A DNA stretch of 28,759 nucleotides, from the NCBI GenBank assembly GCA_964566495.1, contig CAZMIT010000009.1, positions 1 to 28,759 of the forward strand. The letters run 5' to 3'. The number at the start of each line of letters is the position of its first letter. Positions within the stretch are counted from its first letter, which is position 1. Made by a program: the position numbers and the translations under genes. Under the pieces are notes generated by a model. The model did no database searches, was not told where the DNA came from, and saw only the letters and a program-made list of their open reading frames with translations. Below, one piece after another: positions 16,816 to 25,327 of the stretch. The DNA comes from an uncultured bacterium (GTDB lineage Bacteria; T1Sed10-126).

Positions 16816-17844
16816 GTGCAAATTCCTAAAAAAGTAACGACTTTAATTTCGGTTATTATTCTCACTCTACTTACATTTCAACCGCTGCTTGCTCAGCTCA
16901 GTGTGCCCCTGGAAAGTATTTCCAGAATTGGAGGCGTGCGTGAAAATCAACTGCGCGGCTACGGAATTGTTGTCGGTCTTGACGGCACTGGTGATGGCGG
17001 GATCGATTTCGTCAACCGCTCAATAGCTAATGCACTTGAACAGCACGGAGTAAGCGTCCAGGCTCCCGAGGGCGAGCGCCTGGACAACGTCGCCGCCGTC
17101 ATGGTTACCGCGACTTTACCTGCTTTTAAACAGTCCGGGGACAAGCTGGACATAACTGTTAGCTCGCTCGGTGACGCTGATGATTTAAGCGGTGGTGTGC
17201 TGATTGAGACGCCGATGATGGCTCCCAACGGGGAGGTTTATGCAGTCGCGCAAGGTGCGGTGACAAAGGGGGGGACCGGCGACGATCTGCACCCGACGAC
17301 AGTTACTGTCCCCGATGGGGCTCTCGTTGAACGGGAGGTGCCGTTTGAATTCGTCGGTGATGACGGTCAACTCCAGGTGCAACTTCGCGATGGTAATTTC
17401 ACTACTGCTTCCCGGGCAGTTGCAGCCATAAACGAGGAATTTGCTCCCCAGACGGCCCACGCCGAAAATGCCAATACTATAAATGTCCAGGTGCCCGCGG
17501 GATATACCGATGACGTTGTTGGCTTTATTTCTCAGGTCCAAAATCTTGAGGTAGAACCGCCCCGTGAGAGTCGTATTGTGATTAATGAGCGAACTGGAAC
17601 CGTTGTCATGGGCGATAATATTGCCGTGCGGCCTGTCGCGATTACTCATCGTAATATTTCGCTGCAAATTGACAACGACGATGTCGAAGAGGACGGTGAA
17701 ACCGTTATGCTGCCGGAGGTCACTACAGTCGACCAGATTGTCGACGCTCTGAACGCTGTCGGCGCTTCAACCGACGATGTTATTTCTATCCTCGAGGCAC
17801 TTAACCGTTCTGGTGCCCTGAACGCTCCGTTAGAGGTGATGTGA
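16816..17844 (+). CDS. flgI: Flagellar P-ring protein FlgI
   Basis: GVRENQL.GYGIVVGL.GTGD, NVAAVMVTA.LP, VSSLGDA..L.GG.L, VYAVAQG, INERTGTVVMG, ALN.VGA...D.ISIL.AL..SGAL.A.L. Confidence 0.96.
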   Translation: MQIPKKVTTLISVIILTLLTFQPLLAQLSVPLESISRIGGVRENQLRGYGIVVGLDGTGDGGIDFVNRSIANALEQHGVSVQAPEGERLDNVAAVMVTATLPAFKQSGDKLDITVSSLGDADDLSGGVLIETPMMAPNGEVYAVAQGAVTKGGTGDDLHPTTVTVPDGALVEREVPFEFVGDDGQLQVQLRDGNFTTASRAVAAINEEFAPQTAHAENANTINVQVPAGYTDDVVGFISQVQNLEVEPPRESRIVINERTGTVVMGDNIAVRPVAITHRNISLQIDNDDVEEDGETVMLPEVTTVDQIVDALNAVGASTDDVISILEALNRSGALNAPLEVM

Positions 17845-17845
17845 C

Positions 17846-18232
17846 GTGCTTAGTTCAACTCCGGAACTTGGTGCGATGGATAGTGGAAGGGCTGCTCAGA
17901 ACCAGGGCGAGCTTCAGCAGGCGGAGCGTCAGTTGCGATCCTTTGCTGAACAGGGTGAACAATCTTTTGATGATGTGACTGCTTCCACCGGTTCCCGCAA
18001 TCGCGACGAAGAGCTTAAGGAAGCCGCCAACCAGATGGAAGGGTTGCTTGTTCATGAGCTTATTAAACAGATGCGAAAAACTATCCCGGATAATGAACTG
18101 ACCCAGGGGGGGCACGGGGGTGAGGTTTTTCAGGAGCAGCTTGATCAGAAATATTCGGAGCTGATCGGTCAAAGTGGTGATTTTGGTATTTCTGAAGAAA
18201 TTTACAAGACTTTTGCCGGTGAATATCAGTAA
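17846..18232 (+). CDS. flgJ: FlgJ-like rod-binding (rod cap) protein, single domain without muramidase
   Basis: ELKEAANQMEGLLVHELIKQMRKTIP....GG.G.EVFQEQLDQKYS.......FGISE.IY; follows flgI. Confidence 0.85.
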   Translation: MLSSTPELGAMDSGRAAQNQGELQQAERQLRSFAEQGEQSFDDVTASTGSRNRDEELKEAANQMEGLLVHELIKQMRKTIPDNELTQGGHGGEVFQEQLDQKYSELIGQSGDFGISEEIYKTFAGEYQ

Positions 18233-18570
18233 CTTGTTTGAGCTGTCTAACCTTAATTTGTCTGACCCCGTTATATAAAACCGCCGTATTATTCTCATCT
18301 ATTTATAAATCCCCCCCTCTATAAATTCATAGAATCACCATTTGCTCTATCAGCCACGATTACGCTCTCTAACTCCCGCCGGCCTTGCGCCCCCCAAATT
18401 CGCACTTTATTTAATCCCCCCCTCCCGAGGAAGAGGACACAGAAACTCTTGCTCTATGACGTTAAACTCGGTACACTTTGTAAACTCGTGGTCTTTTAAA
18501 CAAATACATTCCTTTTATATTGGTGACATAGTTAAAACTTGATTTACCTCTAACTGGAGGCGATTTCAAT

Positions 18571-19014
18571 ATGAAAAATCGACGTAAGACATTAGTGGTT
18601 GACTGGCAGCTCCAGGGACGGATGATCTTACTTGTGCTTGTCCCCGTGCTGCTGACGCTTTTGATTTGTGCTGGCTTTGGATGGTATTCGCTATATATTA
18701 TTGAGGAGGCTGGTATTGCTGAACAGCTAAACTTGCTGAGCGAGGTAGCCAAACACCTTCAACGTATCGGTCTCCTGGTTTTTCTTGGGGTAATGGCTGT
18801 GTTATTTTTGTCTCTGCTCGTGACTATCCGCTTTTCCAATAAAGTTGTTGGACCAATTTATCGAATCAAAGAAGATTTGGATGCCATGAGACAGAATGAT
18901 TCAATGGACCTGATTTATACCCGGCAGGGTGATTATCACCAGCAGTTAGTTCGATCTTTAAATAACTTTATTATCAACACGCGCGACTTACTTGAAGATG
19001 AGGGGTCCAACTAA
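18571..19014 (+). CDS. Two-TM membrane protein with a C-terminal HAMP-like segment, function unknown
   Basis: GGAGG SD; RRK.LVV..LQ N-terminus, two hydrophobic helices, [11 protein letters not shown]...L, R.GD...L...LN. Confidence 0.65.
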   Translation: MKNRRKTLVVDWQLQGRMILLVLVPVLLTLLICAGFGWYSLYIIEEAGIAEQLNLLSEVAKHLQRIGLLVFLGVMAVLFLSLLVTIRFSNKVVGPIYRIKEDLDAMRQNDSMDLIYTRQGDYHQQLVRSLNNFIINTRDLLEDEGSN

Positions 19015-19661
19015 TGTTCAAAGCTATCAGTAGTGATATCAAAGCTGTATTTGAGCGTGATCCGGCCGCTCGTAATCTGCTCGAAGTTATATTAACTTAT
19101 CCCGGTCTACACGCGCTTGTTGTGCATCGGATTGCGCACTGCCTGCACACTAAGTTAAAACTACGCCTAATTGCACGGATAATTTCTCACCTTGCCCGGT
19201 TTTTTACTGGGATTGAAATTCATCCCGGTGCGGAAATCGGGACCGGCTTTTTTATCGATCATGGTATGGGCGTCGTAATTGGAGAAACCACTATCATTGC
19301 TGAAAACGTAACTTTATACCAGGGAGTAACACTGGGTGGAACAGGTAAAGAACGTGGTAAACGGCATCCAACTATTGAGTCTGGTGCTGTTATTGGAGCC
19401 GGCGCGAAAATCCTGGGAGATATAACGGTGGGCGAAAATAGTCGCGTTGGTTCCGGCTCGGTCGTCGTCGACCCCGTGCCAGAAAACTCAACAGTGGTCG
19501 GCGTACCCGGTCATGTAGTAAGACGGGAAGGGGAGCGGGTGGCGACTGTCTCACTCGACCACAGCGATCTGACCGACCCCATCTATGATAGCATTCACCA
19601 TCTGGAAGAACGTATAGACCAACTTGAACACGAGCTGGCCGAGCAGAAACAAAGTGACTGA
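19014..19661 (+). CDS. cysE: Serine O-acetyltransferase
   Basis: ERDPAAR..LEV...[51 protein letters not shown]. Confidence 0.96.
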   Translation: MFKAISSDIKAVFERDPAARNLLEVILTYPGLHALVVHRIAHCLHTKLKLRLIARIISHLARFFTGIEIHPGAEIGTGFFIDHGMGVVIGETTIIAENVTLYQGVTLGGTGKERGKRHPTIESGAVIGAGAKILGDITVGENSRVGSGSVVVDPVPENSTVVGVPGHVVRREGERVATVSLDHSDLTDPIYDSIHHLEERIDQLEHELAEQKQSD

Positions 19662-20466
19662 CTCAATCCCGGCCCTTATTCCGGCCGCCGGCCGCGGTAC
19701 ACGTCTGCACCCGATAACTAATTACCTGTCCAAGCCGATGTTGCCCGTCGATAACCGGCCGCTTATTAATTTTGTGTTTCGTGAGGTAGAAGCGGCAGGT
19801 TTAGAAAATGTATTTGTAGTTGTCGCCCCGGACGATACAGAACTGAAAGATTATCTCGCTCAAAGTAACCGGGATTTTGAAGTCACCGTGGTTGAACAGC
19901 CCCGTCCGCGAGGGCTTGCCGATGCACTACTTTATGGCTATGATGCTGCCGGTTGTCCACCACTTGTCGCTTTGCTTATACCGGATAACGTAGTTCTTTT
20001 TGGCGCTGGGATTAAGACTCTTTTGGAAGACCTCGATGCGCCTCGGTTGAGTTTTGCAATTGATAAAATAACTCGTCAAGAGGCACAATATTTTGGGAAC
20101 TCGGGTCACTTCAAGACGCCTGATGAGCTTCCTCCGGGAGAAAATGGTTGGATTAACATAACTGCTTTGCAGGAAAAGGGGGCGGGGAAGTTTGATTGTG
20201 CCGTTGACAATTGGCCCGCCTGGCGACTTCTGCCGCGGGTGCTTCTGCCCGCTAAATTTTTTGAAATTGCGAGGCAACACAGGGCTGAAATTTCCGATGG
20301 CGAAATTGACGACGTCCCTATTTACCGGCGTTTACTGAAAGAAAAACCAGCTCGTGGACGACCACTGGACGGAGAAATTTTTGACACCGGGACTCCCGAG
20401 GCTTATCTGCGTTTTTGCGCCGAATTTTTTCGTCATCATAACCGTGCTGAAAAACAAAAAAATTGA
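19654..20466 (+). CDS. Sugar-phosphate nucleotidyltransferase (GalU/RmlA-like, divergent C-terminal half)
   Basis: [16 protein letters not shown]...SKPMLPV..RP.I, EQP.P.GLADA, PDN, FDTGTP..Y. GTG 19654 overlaps the end of cysE. Confidence 0.8.
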   Translation: MTDSIPALIPAAGRGTRLHPITNYLSKPMLPVDNRPLINFVFREVEAAGLENVFVVVAPDDTELKDYLAQSNRDFEVTVVEQPRPRGLADALLYGYDAAGCPPLVALLIPDNVVLFGAGIKTLLEDLDAPRLSFAIDKITRQEAQYFGNSGHFKTPDELPPGENGWINITALQEKGAGKFDCAVDNWPAWRLLPRVLLPAKFFEIARQHRAEISDGEIDDVPIYRRLLKEKPARGRPLDGEIFDTGTPEAYLRFCAEFFRHHNRAEKQKN

Positions 20467-20484
20467 ACGGGTAGGCGATACGTA

Positions 20485-21156
20485 ATGTTTGAGTTTGAGA
20501 GCGAAGATCCTGCTGCTGAAGGATCTGAGCAGCTTGGTGCCTGGTTTGATCGTCTCAGTTCCGCTGATGTCTATATCCTGGGATCTGGCGTTAGCGCCCT
20601 GGTTGCCGGCTATTTTCTGCAGCAACAGGGAGTGCATACTGTTGTATTGACCGAGGCTGATACGCCCGGTGGTCGTCTTGTCTGGAAGAGTGGCCCTGTC
20701 CCGATATTTTTCCCCACTCTTAGTCTGCTTGCAGATACAGGTTATTCGATTTCGGAAGAAAATTATGCCTGGATTAATCGACTCGAACTTGTAATACATT
20801 TGACAAATGCCTTCTTTCAGGTCGGGGGAGAGTTGCTTTCCGGAATAATTTTTGAAAAAATAACCCCTGCTTCTGGACAGATGCAGCTTGAACTGCTCCA
20901 TGATCGGCGTTCGCTGGTTTTTGATGCGGTTGACTCCGTTATTACTGAACCCTTATCGCCCCCGGAAGAACTGGGGGGAGAGGCTGATAATGTTTCGGAA
21001 AAAATGGTTCTGAATACTGGCCGTCGCAGTGAAGGTTGGATACAGGCCGGACACCAGGCTCATCAGAATCTTGATTCGGCGGCTGACCCAACACTGGTTA
21101 ACGGTTGTTTACTCTCCGGTCGTAAGGCCTCAGAAATAGTTTTGACTGAGTTTTGA
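20485..21156 (+). CDS. Thi4 (thiazole synthase) family homologue with degenerate catalytic motifs
   Basis: DV.I.GSG.SALVAGYFL...G..TVV Rossmann-type start, and C-terminal V.NTG....G...AG..A........P....G.LLSGRKA.E..L matching the Thi4 pattern. Confidence 0.65.
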   Translation: MFEFESEDPAAEGSEQLGAWFDRLSSADVYILGSGVSALVAGYFLQQQGVHTVVLTEADTPGGRLVWKSGPVPIFFPTLSLLADTGYSISEENYAWINRLELVIHLTNAFFQVGGELLSGIIFEKITPASGQMQLELLHDRRSLVFDAVDSVITEPLSPPEELGGEADNVSEKMVLNTGRRSEGWIQAGHQAHQNLDSAADPTLVNGCLLSGRKASEIVLTEF

Positions 21157-21304
21157 TATCAAGCTTAGTTCATAATGTCTTTCACCTGAACTATTTACGA
21201 CAGTTATTTTGTTGCATAACTCTTCAACGTCATTCGCCCTTGAAACGAGGAAATAGTGAAGAGGGCTATATAGTTGCCATTGACTTTAACTTCTGGTGAA
21301 ACTA

Positions 21305-21583
21305 ATGGAAAAATATTTTTCTTTGTTCCTTGTCTTAGCTGTTTTCTTGATCCATCTCAACGGCTGTGCAGGATTACTTAATAAAACCCATAGAATCGAT
21401 CCTGGTCGTATGGCTCAAATCGGTTATCAGTTGCAGCAGAACCCCGGTCAGGAGGAACAAATTCTGGCACAACATGGGCTCTCTCAACAGGAATTTACTG
21501 AGAAAATGCACGAAATAAGCAGAGATTCTCAGCTGTCTCAGCAGTACCGGGATGAGTTCTATCGGCTGATGGAGGAGGAGTAA
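21305..21583 (+). CDS. Small lipoprotein of unknown function, first gene of the mrp-like operon
   Basis: Hydrophobic signal with lipobox LNGC and a helical Q/E-rich mature part. Start is GTG 21296 or ATG 21305. Confidence 0.65.
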   Translation: MEKYFSLFLVLAVFLIHLNGCAGLLNKTHRIDPGRMAQIGYQLQQNPGQEEQILAQHGLSQQEFTEKMHEISRDSQLSQQYRDEFYRLMEEE

Positions 21584-21585
21584 TT

Positions 21586-22134
21586 CTGAATATTTTGATC
21601 ATACTCGTCCTGTTTTTTATGATTGTTGCGGCCGTTGTTGCCCTGTACACCGAACAGCTACTCTCCGCCGTAATAGCTCTGGGCGCAGTTGGTTTTGGCA
21701 GCAGTGGAATTTTCTTACTCCTGCGCGCTCCGGACCTGGCTATAACCCAGGTTGTCGTAGAGGTCATTACCCTTATTCTTTTAATTCGAGCGACTATGGT
21801 AGTTGGGTCAATTAAAACCGAGGGGCGACAGCATTATCTGCCTTACCTGCTCGCCTGTCTGGTCGTAATTTTGCTGACCGCTTTTGTATTTGTTTCCTTT
21901 CGCGAAATGCCTGAATTTGGTAATCCAGTGATGGAAAGATTTGAGGATGCGCCTTCGATTTATTACTTGTTGCGGGGTTTTGACTTGACAGGTTCTGCTA
22001 ATCAGGTGATGAGTATTTTGCTTGATTTTCGGGCTTACGACACCCTGGGCGAGGCAACAGTGATTTTTACCGCTGTGCTTGGCGCCCTGACACTCTTGCG
22101 CACGCAGGGGAGGAAGAAACTTGATGAAGGATAA
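21586..22134 (+). CDS. Mrp/Mbh-type antiporter subunit: MbhD (DUF4040) plus MbhE-like region, equivalent to the MrpA C-terminal part
   Basis: LL.AVI.LG.VG..S..FLLL.APDLAITQ.VVE and TGS.N.V..ILLDFRAYDTLGEA.V. Start is ambiguous: ATT 21583, CTG 21586 or TTG 21595. Confidence 0.85.
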   Translation: MNILIILVLFFMIVAAVVALYTEQLLSAVIALGAVGFGSSGIFLLLRAPDLAITQVVVEVITLILLIRATMVVGSIKTEGRQHYLPYLLACLVVILLTAFVFVSFREMPEFGNPVMERFEDAPSIYYLLRGFDLTGSANQVMSILLDFRAYDTLGEATVIFTAVLGALTLLRTQGRKKLDEG

Positions 22135-22600
22135 TCGCAGTTTAATAATCAAGCGTGTTTCACGCTGGATGGCGCCGTTTATTTTTCTTTACGGAGTGTA
22201 TATAGCTCTTTACGGACATCTTTCGCCCGGTGGGGGGTTTCCTGGCGGTGTGGTAATTGCGGCCGCCTTTATTCTCATCCTGCTGGCGCGTGGAAAAAAC
22301 GCAGCTCTGGACAAACTGCCCTATGCGGTCGCTAAGGAGCTGGACGCGGTTGGCGCTCTACTATTTTTGGTTATGGCTTTTTTGGGGATGGGACTCACCG
22401 GTATATTTTTTGCTAATTTTTTACAGGAAATGATCCCCGGCCAGCCTCATGAGTGGTTTAGTGGTGGCACCATTATTATCAATAACGTGGCGATAGCTAT
22501 GAAGGTGGCCGGAGCTATTTTTCTCGTTCTCTTTTTTCTTAGTGCTCTCCGGATTTCCGGTGAAGGTCAAGTTGGCTTTAAATCACTGGAGGAAAAATAA
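22124..22600 (+). CDS. mnhB: Na+/H+ antiporter subunit B (MnhB/MbhF)
   Basis: I.LYG.Y..L.GHLSPGGGFPGG, SGG.I...N....KV. Confidence 0.88.
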   Translation: MKDNRSLIIKRVSRWMAPFIFLYGVYIALYGHLSPGGGFPGGVVIAAAFILILLARGKNAALDKLPYAVAKELDAVGALLFLVMAFLGMGLTGIFFANFLQEMIPGQPHEWFSGGTIIINNVAIAMKVAGAIFLVLFFLSALRISGEGQVGFKSLEEK

Positions 22601-22965
22601 TGCTTGCTTACGTCTTAGCTCTGATTTTACTTCTAATTGGGGTCTTTGGGGTTTTGACTCGAAAAAATTTGATCAAGATAATTATTTCTATTTCTATAAT
22701 TGAGTCGGCGGTTAACCTCTTCTTAATTCTTGTTGGTTATCGCCGCGGAGGTATTGCCCCTATTTTTACGGCTCGCATGGCTGAAATTACTGAATTTGCT
22801 GATCAAGCCGTCGACCCCCTGCCGCAGGCTATGGTTCTAACTTCGATTGTTATTGGAGTAAGCATAACTGCTCTGCTGGTAGTTATCTCGCTGCGTCTAC
22901 ATCACGTCTATGGCACCTATAATATCAATAAAATTTTTTACGGCGATGCAGGTGAAAAAGAATGA
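22600..22965 (+). CDS. mnhC: Na+/H+ antiporter subunit C (MnhC/MbhG)
   Basis: KNLIKIII...I.E.AVNL.L..GY...APIF...DPLPQAMVLTSIVIG. Confidence 0.92.
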   Translation: MLAYVLALILLLIGVFGVLTRKNLIKIIISISIIESAVNLFLILVGYRRGGIAPIFTARMAEITEFADQAVDPLPQAMVLTSIVIGVSITALLVVISLRLHHVYGTYNINKIFYGDAGEKE

Positions 22966-24536
22966 ATTTTCTCCTGCCGCTTGTGGTCGCCCTCCCCCTC
23001 GGTAGCGGTTTTTTGCTTGCCTTGTTGCCCGGCCGCTTTTTGAAATTTGCTAACTTTTTTTCTGTTCTTATTGCTACCGTTCTCTTGCTGTCGGCACTGC
23101 TCTTGCTTCCCACCAGTGGCTATTACGAAATTGGCGGTTGGATATTCCCCCTCGGTATCAACTTTTCCTTTGACGGCCTCAGTAGGCTGTTGCTTTTGAT
23201 GGTTGCTGTAGTTGGATTTACAGTTACGATTTATTCAGCCTCTTACATGGATTTATACACCAGCCGCATCCGTTTTTTCGCCCTGTTTTTGCTTCTCTGG
23301 GCGGGTCTTAACGGCACCCTTTTGAGCGGTGATATTTTCAACCGTTATGTTTACGTAGAAATAGCAGTAATAGCCTCTTACATTTTGGTTGGTTTTGGCT
23401 GTGCACCGCGGGAATTGAAAGCGGCTTTGAAATACGCTATTCTCGGCGCTGTTGCCTCGGCATTTACCTTGCTCGGGATAGCTGTTGTTTATTCTTTCGC
23501 CGGTACAGTTAATATTGCTCAACTCGCTGGCCGGTTTGCTGCTTTACCCGAACCGGTATTTCTTGGCTCGCCGGCTTTTTTTGCTGGAGTTTTAATGGTG
23601 CTCGGTTTTGGCTATAAATCGGCCCAGGCTCCCCTCCACGTCTGGCAACCGGACGCTTTTGCTGTTGCCCCGGCTCCCGTCGCCGCTCTGATGTCCTCCT
23701 CCCTGGTTGTAGTTGTTGGTCTCTATGCCATGATTAGAACAGTTTTTACTGTTTTTGGCGTCGTTGCTTCCCTGTGCTGGTTGATGATTTTCATTGGAGT
23801 TTTGTCTTTAGTTTTGGGGCTGTTTTATTCGGCCAGAACAGATCATCCTCGTCGGGTTCTCTCCTATCAGAGCATCTCCCAGATTGGTTACGTCTTTACT
23901 GCTCTCGGTCTGGCTGGCGTTGTTTTTAGCCGGGGAATTAGCTTTAACCTATCAATCTGGTTGCTTGTTGGTGGGTTGTATCACCTGCTGAATCACGCTT
24001 TCTTTATCTCCTCTCTTTTTCTAGCCCTGGGAGCGGCTGAGTTTAATACCATTGACGTTGACTGCTGTTCGACCGGTCGGGGCATATTCGTTGGCTTGCC
24101 GCTGGTTGGCGGAGTATCAACCCTTGCTTCGGCTTCGGCTGCCGGCCTTCCTCCTTTCGGTGGTTTCATAAGTAAATTAATAATAGTTGTCGCAACCTGG
24201 TATGCTGGCTTTCCCTTTATTGCTTTACTTCTTATATTAATCAGTCTCGGTGCTATTCCCGTTTTTTATCGGTTCAATCGTCGGGCACTTCAGTCGGAAC
24301 CATCTTCAACGCGCCGGCCACCAACCTTTTTGATGAAGAGTGCCATGGTTTTTCTTGTTGTTCTGGTGATTAGCGCCTCATTTTTGATACTTCCGCCGCT
24401 TCGTTCAGTTTACCTTGAACCGGCTGCCTTTAGTTTGCTTGATGAGCGCCCCTACGAGGAAAAAATCGGTGAATGGGAAAACCGGGTGGGGGACGTGAAG
24501 GAAGCATTCCGGACGCGCCGGGAGGAAAAACCGTGA
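22962..24536 (+). CDS. mnhD: Na+/H+ antiporter subunit D (MnhD/MbhH; proton-conducting antiporter-like subunit)
   Basis: GGW..P.GI...D.LS, GDIFN.YV..EI...SY.LV, AA.KY, K....PLH.W.PDA, SQIGY, H..NHA, G.PP..GF.SK. Confidence 0.88.
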   Translation: MNFLLPLVVALPLGSGFLLALLPGRFLKFANFFSVLIATVLLLSALLLLPTSGYYEIGGWIFPLGINFSFDGLSRLLLLMVAVVGFTVTIYSASYMDLYTSRIRFFALFLLLWAGLNGTLLSGDIFNRYVYVEIAVIASYILVGFGCAPRELKAALKYAILGAVASAFTLLGIAVVYSFAGTVNIAQLAGRFAALPEPVFLGSPAFFAGVLMVLGFGYKSAQAPLHVWQPDAFAVAPAPVAALMSSSLVVVVGLYAMIRTVFTVFGVVASLCWLMIFIGVLSLVLGLFYSARTDHPRRVLSYQSISQIGYVFTALGLAGVVFSRGISFNLSIWLLVGGLYHLLNHAFFISSLFLALGAAEFNTIDVDCCSTGRGIFVGLPLVGGVSTLASASAAGLPPFGGFISKLIIVVATWYAGFPFIALLLILISLGAIPVFYRFNRRALQSEPSSTRRPPTFLMKSAMVFLVVLVISASFLILPPLRSVYLEPAAFSLLDERPYEEKIGEWENRVGDVKEAFRTRREEKP

Positions 24537-25051
24537 AAAAGAAAATTATTCTTTTCGTGCTTGCTTTTTTGGTTTGGAACCTGTTTGTAGGCGTCTTCCC
24601 CGAGGCCGGTCAGGAGTGGGATTATCAGAGTGTGCTGCTCGGGGCTCTGATCTCGCTTGGAGTTGCTCTTTTGTTTGCCTCTGACTTCAGCCAGGAACCG
24701 TTGATGTTTTTTCAACCCCGACGCATCTTTTTCCTTCTGTTGTTTATACCGGTTTTTTCTTTCTACTGTGCTAAAGCAAATTTTGAAGTGATGTATTACG
24801 TTATCAGCCCCCATCTGCCGATCAAACCAGGCATAGTCAAGGTTCAATCAGAATTGGAAAGTAAGACGGCCCTCACTATTCTAGCTAACTGTATTACATT
24901 AACTCCCGGCACCTTGACCGTTGAAGCAACGGAAGATGGTGTTTTATACGTCCACTGGCTGGCAATGAGAAGTATCGATGAGGAGGTCGCCACCCAACAG
25001 ATTGCCGGTAAATTTGAATGGTTTTTAAAACGTATTTTTGAGGACGGTTAA
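24533..25051 (+). CDS. mnhE: Na+/H+ antiporter subunit E (MnhE/MbhA)
   Basis: KAN..V...V.SP.LPIKPGIV.......LAN.ITLTPGTLTV.....LYVHW. GGAGG SD before GTG 24533, which overlaps the mnhD stop. Confidence 0.92.
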   Translation: MKKKIILFVLAFLVWNLFVGVFPEAGQEWDYQSVLLGALISLGVALLFASDFSQEPLMFFQPRRIFFLLLFIPVFSFYCAKANFEVMYYVISPHLPIKPGIVKVQSELESKTALTILANCITLTPGTLTVEATEDGVLYVHWLAMRSIDEEVATQQIAGKFEWFLKRIFEDG

Positions 25052-25060
25052 AAAGTAACT

Positions 25061-25327
25061 ATGGAAATGGCAATTTTTTTCTCGCTCTTCTTTCTAATTA
25101 TCTCCAGTTTCTTGGCCCTAATACGGGTTATAAAAGGCCCCACTGCACCCGATCGTATTGTAGCGATTGACATCCTTGGTTTTATCCTGGTCAACTTCTG
25201 CGCTTTATTGACGCTAATTACCCGGGAGGATTTTTACATGTCGGTGGCGCTTGCCTGGGCGCTTTTAAGCTTCATTGGTAGTATCGCTCTTGCTAAAAAG
25301 TTGGAAGGGAAAGAATTTGATGAATGA
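25061..25327 (+). CDS. mnhF: Na+/H+ antiporter subunit F (MnhF/MbhB)
   Basis: R..KGPT..DR.VA.D, VAL..ALLSFIG..A.AK.LEG. Confidence 0.92.
   Translation: MEMAIFFSLFFLIISSFLALIRVIKGPTAPDRIVAIDILGFILVNFCALLTLITREDFYMSVALAWALLSFIGSIALAKKLEGKEFDE

Noticed and set aside
17846..18232. FlgJ lacking the muramidase domain as a pseudogene or novelty
   Set aside because: Single-domain FlgJ is well known outside beta/gamma-proteobacteria, and the ORF ends cleanly.
18233..18570. ORFs 18342-18542 and 18462-18752, or an ncRNA, in the pyrimidine-rich spacer after flgJ
   Set aside because: Low-complexity C/T-rich sequence with only faint resemblance to the repeat modules; no coding or RNA-family signal.
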